DNA of 64,000 nucleotides from Bryobacterales bacterium (GTDB lineage Bacteria; Acidobacteriota; Terriglobia; Bryobacterales; Bryobacteraceae): NCBI GenBank assembly GCA_963810595.1, contig CAWEOG010000018.1, positions 85,391 to 149,390 of the forward strand, read 5' to 3'. Shown piece by piece: positions 57,918 to 64,000 of this stretch (position 1 is its first letter; each line of letters starts with the position of its first letter). The notes under the pieces were generated by a model. It saw only the letters and a program-made list of their open reading frames with translations, ran no database searches and was not told where the DNA came from. The position numbers and the translations under genes were made by a program.

Positions 57918-58926
57918 AGCGTTGAGGATTGGACGTGAGTACCAGAACAATCGCCCGCTCGTCGCCGGCGACCTCGGGCAGCTTGCCGGGGACGGGACCC
58001 ACCAGGGCCAGATACTTAAGAATAGTATACGCATCGCCCAGTTCCGGGATTGCCAGCGAGTAATTCTGGGTCTCGAGACGAAACGTCACGCCCCGCAACG
58101 ACAGGTTCCACGCCAGGAACCCGCAGAAATCCACCGCGGTCTCGAACCACGCCTCTTCGCCGTCGCGCAAATCGAGGTCGAACAGCAGCCGCACCGGGCA
58201 ATCCTGTTCGCGGGCGAATTCCCGAACTTGCAGCTCGCCGGTGTGCGCGGTCGCCTTCCAGTCCACATGGCGCGCGCTCTCGGTATGAAGATAGGGCCGG
58301 ATGCGATAGAAATCGTGCCCTTGCCCGCGAACGTTCGATTCCAGCTCGCCGGTGACCGAAATCAGCACGCTTTCGAAACCCGGTTGCGGCAGGATGGACG
58401 GATAAACCAACACCTCGCCGCGCAGCGTCACATTGATTCCGCGCCGCAAGAAGCCGAACGGAAAGCCGGTTTGGAACTGGAAATTGTTGTCGCTGTAGAG
58501 ACCCCGCCGTTCGAATTCCACCTCCACCGGTTCCTCGACGGAAGTATTGGAGGGGATCAGGGGAAAATACAGTTCCGTCAACAGGGCGCTGTCCTGCTGG
58601 CCCGAAACGCGGATGGAAAACGACGGCAGCACGCGTTTGCTGTTGCGCACGCGGATGCGGGCCTGAAGCCGGTAGCGGGCGGCGACGTGTTCGGGAAGCA
58701 GAAACTCCAGCTCCAGCCCGACCAGGCTCAGGCGGCTCAACAGGCCCGAGATCATCAGCGTGGCCAGCATGGCGGCAAGCAGCAGGAACAACAGATTGTT
58801 GGCGGAGATAAACGCCGCCAGCGCCACCAGCAGAGTGGCGCAGACATAGACCATGCCCGCCGTGGTCACCTGTTGGCGCGATGAGCCTTTCAGGCGGTTT
58901 TTAAGCTTTTGCCAAAACGCGGACAT
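57757..58926 (-). CDS. DUF58 domain protein; the 3' end overlaps the receptor gene by 160 nt, so the true stop is uncertain
   Basis: The start is at MSAFWQKLKN, followed by two TM helices. ..GQGHDFYRIRPY..ARHVDWKATAHTGELQVREFAREQD is the DUF58 core. Confidence 0.7.
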   Translation of the reverse strand: MSAFWQKLKNRLKGSSRQQVTTAGMVYVCATLLVALAAFISANNLLFLLLAAMLATLMISGLLSRLSLVGLELEFLLPEHVAARYRLQARIRVRNSKRVLPSFSIRVSGQQDSALLTELYFPLIPSNTSVEEPVEVEFERRGLYSDNNFQFQTGFPFGFLRRGINVTLRGEVLVYPSILPQPGFESVLISVTGELESNVRGQGHDFYRIRPYLHTESARHVDWKATAHTGELQVREFAREQDCPVRLLFDLDLRDGEEAWFETAVDFCGFLAWNLSLRGVTFRLETQNYSLAIPELGDAYTILKYLALVGPVPGKLPEVAGDERAIVLVLTSNPQRYEDTARIGARILHPGVFPSPGGDAATRTDGDEHHGDGKHPRRGARAPDGAKRG

Positions 58927-59018
58927 GCGTGCTTCCGTTCGAATCTTGGCACACTCGTAAGGCCCGGCGAAACCGCGGAGCGGGTTTCCCTGTATCCTGG
59001 GCAGGTAGGAGCTTGGCC

Positions 59019-59642
59019 ATGAAAACCATCGTGTTGTTGATCGCACTCTCGTCCGTCGCGGTCGCCGCCGACTGGAAGCCGCTGTTCAACGGCAAGGATC
59101 TCACCGGCTGGCGGATGGTCGGCCCGGGGCACTTTGACGTCACCGACGGGATGCTCAAAACCGTGGGCGGCATGGGCTTGCTGTACTACACCGGCGAGAA
59201 GATCGGCAATGCCACCTTGCGCGTGGTGTTCAAAACCACCGGGCCGGCGGACAACTCGGGTGTGTACATCCGGCTGCCGGAGATGCCCACGGACCCGTGG
59301 TATGCCGTCCACAACGGCTACGAGGTGCAGATCAATGCCGCCGGCGACGACTGGCATTGCACCGGCGCCATTTACTCGCTGGCGAAGGTATCCGAGCGCA
59401 ACCAGAAGCCCGCGGGCGAATGGAACACCATGGATATCGAAATCAAAGGCCAGCTCACCACCGTTTTCCTGAACGGCGAAAAAGTGAACCAGTTTCGCGG
59501 AGACCAGCCGGTGCCGCTGCGCAAGCAGTGGTTCGAGCCGGTGCGCGGTCCGCGGCCGGATACGGGCTACATCGGCATTCAGAACCACGACCCCGGCTCG
59601 CACGTGTTCTTCAAAGAGATCAGCGTCAAGCCGCTCGAATAG
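59019..59642 (+). CDS. DUF1080 (3-keto-disaccharide hydrolase-like) secreted protein
   Basis: MKTIVLLIALSSVAVAADWKPLFNGKDLTGW..NSGVYIR..YEVQI..GYIGIQNH. Confidence 0.85.
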   Translation: MKTIVLLIALSSVAVAADWKPLFNGKDLTGWRMVGPGHFDVTDGMLKTVGGMGLLYYTGEKIGNATLRVVFKTTGPADNSGVYIRLPEMPTDPWYAVHNGYEVQINAAGDDWHCTGAIYSLAKVSERNQKPAGEWNTMDIEIKGQLTTVFLNGEKVNQFRGDQPVPLRKQWFEPVRGPRPDTGYIGIQNHDPGSHVFFKEISVKPLE

Positions 59643-59658
59643 CGGTTGGGGCAGCGCG

Positions 59659-61338
59659 CTACAACTCGGCCAGCGCCCGGTGGACCAGGTGAACGCTGAT
59701 GGCGCCCTCCCCCACGGCCGACGCCACGCGCTTCACGTTGCCCGCCCGCACGTCACCCACCGCAAACACGCCCGGCAGACTGGTCTCCAGCATTTGAGGC
59801 GGGCGTGCGAGAGGCCATCGCGGGCTTACACCCGGCGCGCCGGTGGCTTCCAGATCGCGCCCGGTGAGGATGAATCCCTTGTCGTCCATCGAAAGGCAGC
59901 CCCGCAGCCACTCGGTTCGGGGCGAGGCACCCGCCATGATGAACAGGTGCTGGATGGTGTGCGTTGAAATTTCGCCAGTCAGTTTGTCCCGCCACAGGAC
60001 GCGTTCCAGGCATTCGCCGCCTTCCAACCCGACGATCTCCGTGTTGAGGTGCAGCTCAATCGCGGGATTCTCCGTCAGCCGCTGGATCAGATATCGCGAC
60101 ATGGTGTTGGACAGCTCGCCGGACCGCACCAGCATGTAAACCTTGCGGGCCGTTTGCGACAGGAACACCGCGGCCTGGCCGGCCGAGTTTCCGCCTCCCA
60201 CCACCGCAACGTTTTCGCTCACGCAAAGCTGCGACTCGATGAACGTGGCGCCGTAGTAAATCCCCGCGCCTTCAAACTTCTCCAGATTCGCCAGCCGGGG
60301 CTTGTTGTATTGCGCTCCAGTGGCGATGACGATGGAGCGAGCGGGCAGCGCTACTCCATCGTCGAGCACCACCTCGAACGGCCGGCGGTCGCAGGCCAGC
60401 TTCACGACGCTGCGCGCGATCATCATCTTCGCGCCGAATTTCTGTGCTTGGGTGATGGAGCGCGACGCCAACTCCTGACCGGAGACCCCGGTGGGGAAGC
60501 CCAGGTAGTTTTCGATCTTCGAACTTGAGCCCGCCTGCCCGCCGGGAGCCTGCGTTTCGATCACCAGGACGTCGAGGCCTTCCGACGCTCCGTAGACCGC
60601 CGCGGCAAGACCCGCCGGACCGGCGCCCACGATAATCAGGTCGCGCACCTCGGTGCCGGCGACACTGGTGTTGAAGCCCAGGCAGCCCGCCAGGGTCTGA
60701 ATCGACGGGCTCCGCAGCACGTCGCGGCCGTGACAGATCACGACCGGCACCTCCGACGGGGTCACCTCGAAGCGGTCCAGCAACTCCTGCGAGGTTCGGT
60801 CGGTGTCCAGATCGACGTAAGTGTAGGGATGCCCGTTCCGGCCGAGAAACTCGCGCAGCCGCAGCGTGTGGGCGGAGTGGCGCGAGCCCATCAGGATCAC
60901 GTTCCCATAGCCGCGGCGAATCAGTTCGAGGCGACGCAGAATGAAAGCCCGCATCAGGATTTCGCTCAGCTCCGCATCCTTCGCCACCAGCGACCGCAGC
61001 GCCTCTCCGCTCACTTCCAGGAATTCGCCGGCTTCGGTAACCCGCCCGCGCACCAGGCACCGCTGCCCGGAAATCATCGTCATCTCGCCCGTGAATTCTC
61101 CGGCGTCATGAGTGGCGATGAGGCGCTCGCCGTCGAGGCTCGGCTGTATGATTTCCATGCTTCCCGAGAGCAACACGAAGAAGGGAACGGCCGTATCGTC
61201 GGGCTCGAAGAGGATCTCGCCGCTTTGTATGCTGCGCGGACGGCCGTACGGGCGAATGCGGTCGATCTGGGTTGGAGTCAGGACAGGAAACGCCTGAGTC
61301 CGGGCGTCGAGAGCGCTGGGAACGAGTCCAGGAGACAT
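59659..61338 (-). CDS. Cyclic-nucleotide-binding domain fused to a thioredoxin-reductase-like FAD/NAD(P) oxidoreductase that lacks the CxxC redox centre
   Basis: The cNMP part is GEILFEPDDTAVPFFVLLSGSMEI..GEFTGEM. The TrxR-like part is LIIVGAGPAGLAAAVY..VAVVGGGNSAGQAA..GVFAVGDVR. GATFIESQLC sits where CATCDG would be. Confidence 0.8.
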   Translation of the reverse strand: MSPGLVPSALDARTQAFPVLTPTQIDRIRPYGRPRSIQSGEILFEPDDTAVPFFVLLSGSMEIIQPSLDGERLIATHDAGEFTGEMTMISGQRCLVRGRVTEAGEFLEVSGEALRSLVAKDAELSEILMRAFILRRLELIRRGYGNVILMGSRHSAHTLRLREFLGRNGHPYTYVDLDTDRTSQELLDRFEVTPSEVPVVICHGRDVLRSPSIQTLAGCLGFNTSVAGTEVRDLIIVGAGPAGLAAAVYGASEGLDVLVIETQAPGGQAGSSSKIENYLGFPTGVSGQELASRSITQAQKFGAKMMIARSVVKLACDRRPFEVVLDDGVALPARSIVIATGAQYNKPRLANLEKFEGAGIYYGATFIESQLCVSENVAVVGGGNSAGQAAVFLSQTARKVYMLVRSGELSNTMSRYLIQRLTENPAIELHLNTEIVGLEGGECLERVLWRDKLTGEISTHTIQHLFIMAGASPRTEWLRGCLSMDDKGFILTGRDLEATGAPGVSPRWPLARPPQMLETSLPGVFAVGDVRAGNVKRVASAVGEGAISVHLVHRALAEL

Positions 61339-61482
61339 GTTCCATTTTCCCACCGATAGCGCAATCCGGCCAGCTCGGGTGATTTGCACGCCTGGCCCCG
61401 AATGTGGTGGACTGGGCGTCAAGGCCGGAATGGGCGAGCGGGGCATTCCGGCGGTCGATGGGGAGATGCAGGAGGAGGCGGG

Positions 61483-61773
61483 ATGATCTGTGAACACGTC
61501 ACGGAAGCCCGGGATTTTCAACCCTCAAAACGAATCTGCGAAGATTGCGTCAAAATGGGAGATACCTGGGTACATCTGCGAATTTGCCTGGTGTGCGGAT
61601 ACGTCGGATGTTGCGACTCGTCTAAAAACAAGCACGCAACCAAACACTTTCATACTTCGCAGCATCCCATGATGCGGTCCATCGAGCCGGGTGAAAGCTG
61701 GGGCTGGTGCTTCCTCGACGAGGTCGCATACGACCTGTCGCGCGGCCTGAAACGGGCGCGGGCAATTGAATAG
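61483..61773 (+). CDS. UBP-type zinc-finger protein
   Basis: CEDCVKMGDTWVHLRICLVCGYVGCCDSSKNKHATKHFHTSQHP matches the ZnF-UBP pattern. Confidence 0.75.
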   Translation: MICEHVTEARDFQPSKRICEDCVKMGDTWVHLRICLVCGYVGCCDSSKNKHATKHFHTSQHPMMRSIEPGESWGWCFLDEVAYDLSRGLKRARAIE

Positions 61774-61794
61774 CGACGGCGCAAAGCTTCGGCG

Positions 61795-63087
61795 ATGACC
61801 GCAAATCAATATCGATCGACTGGGGCCGCTATGACCACACCTACGACGTTGGCGGATGCACGAAAGCAGACGGATCGGTTATTCGAGCTGGTCCGCCCGG
61901 ATTCGCTCTACGAGCGCCCGATTCCGGAGCGGCACCGTATCATTTTTTACCTTGGCCACCTGGAAGCATTCGATTGGAACCTGCTGCGGCCGCACATGCG
62001 TAACGTGGAGGCTTTTCACCCGCGCTTCGACCGGCTGTTCGCGTTCGGTATCGACCCGGTGGACGGCGGACTGCCCTCGGATGCTCCCTCGGACTGGCCC
62101 TCGGTGGACGACGTGCGCGGCTACAACCGACGGGTGCGGCAAACGCTGGACGACGCGGAGCACGAAAGCCTGCTCGTTCACACCGCGCTCGAACACCGGC
62201 TGATGCACGCGGAAACGCTGGCCTACATGCTGCACCAGTTGCCTCCCGGGCGAAAGCACGCACAATCGCAGGCGCCCGTGCCGCGGGGAGGGCCGGTGCG
62301 GAACGAAACCGTCCGGATCCCGGAGGGCCGCGCCACGCTCGGACTTCCGCGGAACGGCGCCTTCGGGTGGGACAACGAGTTCGACGAGCACCGGGTGGAA
62401 GTCCCCGGGTTTGCCGTGGACCGGTATAAGGTAACCAACGCGGACTACCTGCGATTCATCGAAGCGGGCGGATATCGCGACCCGCGCTGGTGGACCTCCG
62501 CCGCGTGGCAGTGGAAGATGGAACAAAACATCGCCCACCCGGTTTTCTGGAAACAAGCTGGGAGTGAATGGCGCTACCGCACGATGTTCGACGAAATCCC
62601 GATGCCGCCCGATTGGCCGGTCTGGGTGAGCCACGCCGAGGCGAGCGCGTATACGAAGTGGAACGGGTCGCGCCTGCCGACTGAGGCCGAATGGCACCGC
62701 GCCGCTTACGGCACGCCGGAAGGCGCCGAGCGGCAATTTCCCTGGGGCGACGAACCGCCCGGGCCGCAACACGGAATCTTCCACTTCGGACGTTGGGACC
62801 CGGCTCCGGTGAACGCCTTTCCATGTGGCCGAAGCGCGTTTGGACTCGACGGCCTGCTGGCCAACGGATGGGAGTGGACCTCGAGCCCGTTTGAACCCTT
62901 CCGGGGATTTCAGGCCCGCGCGTGCTATCCGGGCTATTCGGCGGATTTTTTCGACGGCAAGCACTACGTTCTGAAGGGCGGTTCCCCGCGCACGGCCGCG
63001 TGCATGCTGCGCCGCTCTTTCCGTAACTGGTTCCAGCCGCACTACCAGTATGTTTACGCCGGATTCCGGTGTGCGAGAGGACTTTGA
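61795..63087 (+). CDS. egtB: Ergothioneine biosynthesis sulfoxide synthase EgtB (DinB_2 + FGE-sulfatase-like domains)
   Basis: ..IIFYLGHLEAFDW..EHRLMHAETLAYML..GWDNEFDEHRVEV..YKVTNADYLRF..LANGWEWTSSPF.. The start is 61795 or 61831. Confidence 0.8.
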   Translation: MTANQYRSTGAAMTTPTTLADARKQTDRLFELVRPDSLYERPIPERHRIIFYLGHLEAFDWNLLRPHMRNVEAFHPRFDRLFAFGIDPVDGGLPSDAPSDWPSVDDVRGYNRRVRQTLDDAEHESLLVHTALEHRLMHAETLAYMLHQLPPGRKHAQSQAPVPRGGPVRNETVRIPEGRATLGLPRNGAFGWDNEFDEHRVEVPGFAVDRYKVTNADYLRFIEAGGYRDPRWWTSAAWQWKMEQNIAHPVFWKQAGSEWRYRTMFDEIPMPPDWPVWVSHAEASAYTKWNGSRLPTEAEWHRAAYGTPEGAERQFPWGDEPPGPQHGIFHFGRWDPAPVNAFPCGRSAFGLDGLLANGWEWTSSPFEPFRGFQARACYPGYSADFFDGKHYVLKGGSPRTAACMLRRSFRNWFQPHYQYVYAGFRCARGL

Positions 63088-63090
63088 ACC

Positions 63091-64000
63091 ATGGCGACAA
63101 CCGCACCGGCCTTGGACGGGACCGCCGTTTTCGCGGCGGACGTCCGCAACGGCCTGACCAGACCCGGTCAAAAAGAGCTGGCGTCGAAATATCTCTACGA
63201 CGACGTGGGCTCGAAGCTCTTTGACGTCATCAGCCTGTTGCCGGAATACGGCCTCACGCGCGCCGACGAACGCCTGCTGCGCGGTCATGCCGACGGGATG
63301 GTAGACCGGCTGCCCGGCGAGGTTGTCGTGGCGGAGTTGGGGAGCGGCACCGGCAGCAAGACGCGATGGATTCTGGAGGCGTTGCGCCGGCGCCGGCACA
63401 CCCTGTATTTCCCGATTGAGATTTCTCCGATCGCACTCGCCATGTGCCGCCGCGAGCTGCGTGAGATCGAACACATCAGCGTTGTCGGCGTCGAGCGGGA
63501 ATATCTGGACGGGCTCCGGGAAGTCGCCGCGCGGCGTCGCGCCGGACAGCGCATGCTGGTGTTGTTTCTCGGCAGCACCATCGGCAATTTTACTCATCCC
63601 GCCGATTTGAACTTTCTGAAGGACATTCGCGGCATCTTGCATCCGGCGGACGCCCTGCTGGTGGGGACCGACCTCGAGAAGCCCGTGGACCGGCTCATCG
63701 CCGCTTACGACGACGCGCTCGGGGTCACGGCAGCATTCAATCTGAATCTGCTGGTGCGAATCAACCGCGAGCTCGACGCGGATTTTGCGCTGGATGGATT
63801 CGAGCACGAAGCACGCTTCAATTCCGAGTCGCGCAGCATCGAGATGCACCTGCGGTCGACTCGCCGCCAGCGGGTGACTATCTCCAAGGCGGGCCTCTCC
63901 GTTGCGCTTCGCGAGGGCGAGACCATCTGGACCGAGAGCAGCCACAAGTTTTCGCTGGCTGAAGTTGAGGCGCTGGCCCGGAAGTCCGGGTTCCGGCGCG
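63091..64000 (+). CDS. egtD: L-histidine N-alpha-methyltransferase EgtD (3' end runs off the window)
   Basis: Absent from the ORF track because it has no in-window stop. My translation gives MATTAPALDG..KELASKYLYDDVGSKLFDVISLLPEYGLTRADERLL..VAELGSGTGSKT..LFLGSTIGNF. Confidence 0.8.
   Translation, partial: MATTAPALDGTAVFAADVRNGLTRPGQKELASKYLYDDVGSKLFDVISLLPEYGLTRADERLLRGHADGMVDRLPGEVVVAELGSGTGSKTRWILEALRRRRHTLYFPIEISPIALAMCRRELREIEHISVVGVEREYLDGLREVAARRRAGQRMLVLFLGSTIGNFTHPADLNFLKDIRGILHPADALLVGTDLEKPVDRLIAAYDDALGVTAAFNLNLLVRINRELDADFALDGFEHEARFNSESRSIEMHLRSTRRQRVTISKAGLSVALREGETIWTESSHKFSLAEVEALARKSGFRR

Noticed and set aside
56097-58884. 557-aa and 523-aa plus-strand ORFs (56097..57770, 57313..58884)
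   Set aside because: They are antisense to the TonB-dependent receptor and DUF58 genes, and their composition is low-complexity.
61879-63945. 688-aa minus-strand ORF
   Set aside because: It is antisense to egtB and egtD, which carry clear family motifs. Its composition is Arg/Pro/His-rich.

Overview
High-G+C bacterial chromosomal window, roughly 60-65% by eye, with two islets near 50%. The gene content suggests a large soil Acidobacteriota-type genome, but that is inference only: many Tat- or Sec-exported sugar and sugar-acid enzymes, DUF1080, a PQQ dehydrogenase, kinase-like proteins and numerous toxin-antitoxin loci. I saw no rRNA, tRNA or CRISPR. Main blocks: (1) 1-4.8 kb holds an amidase, a GH42-like hydrolase and a dehydrogenase. 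(2) 4.8-11.9 kb holds toxin-antitoxin loci in various states of decay, a sulfatase and a HEAT protein. (3) 11.9-19.2 kb is a sugar-acid cluster. (4) 19.2-22.1 kb is a low-G+C operon of three secreted proteins of unknown function. (5) 23.0-28.7 kb is a translationally coupled operon: trehalase, CapK/PaaK-like adenylating enzyme, Tat-exported enolase-superfamily enzyme and a CBM9-like protein. (6) 31.4-35.5 kb holds a kinase-like/TonB-C fusion, then a dihaem cytochrome c with a PQQ dehydrogenase carrying a lanthanide-type DxD motif. (7) 38.8-42.3 kb is a Zn-alcohol dehydrogenase gene broken by two separate insertions, an IS200 and an IS1634-like element. (8) 49.3-51.7 kb is a mosaic low-G+C islet. 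It carries a 370-aa Bin/Cry35 (Toxin_10)-like beta-trefoil plus aerolysin-fold toxin candidate, next to an orphan leader repeat and an inverted-repeat-bounded transposase remnant. This is the most interesting item. (9) 61.5-64 kb holds a ZnF-UBP gene followed by egtB and egtD for ergothioneine. At least six otherwise well-conserved genes carry single frameshifts, so either the assembly has indel errors or pseudogenisation is widespread. All family assignments come from motif recognition by eye. No database search was run.
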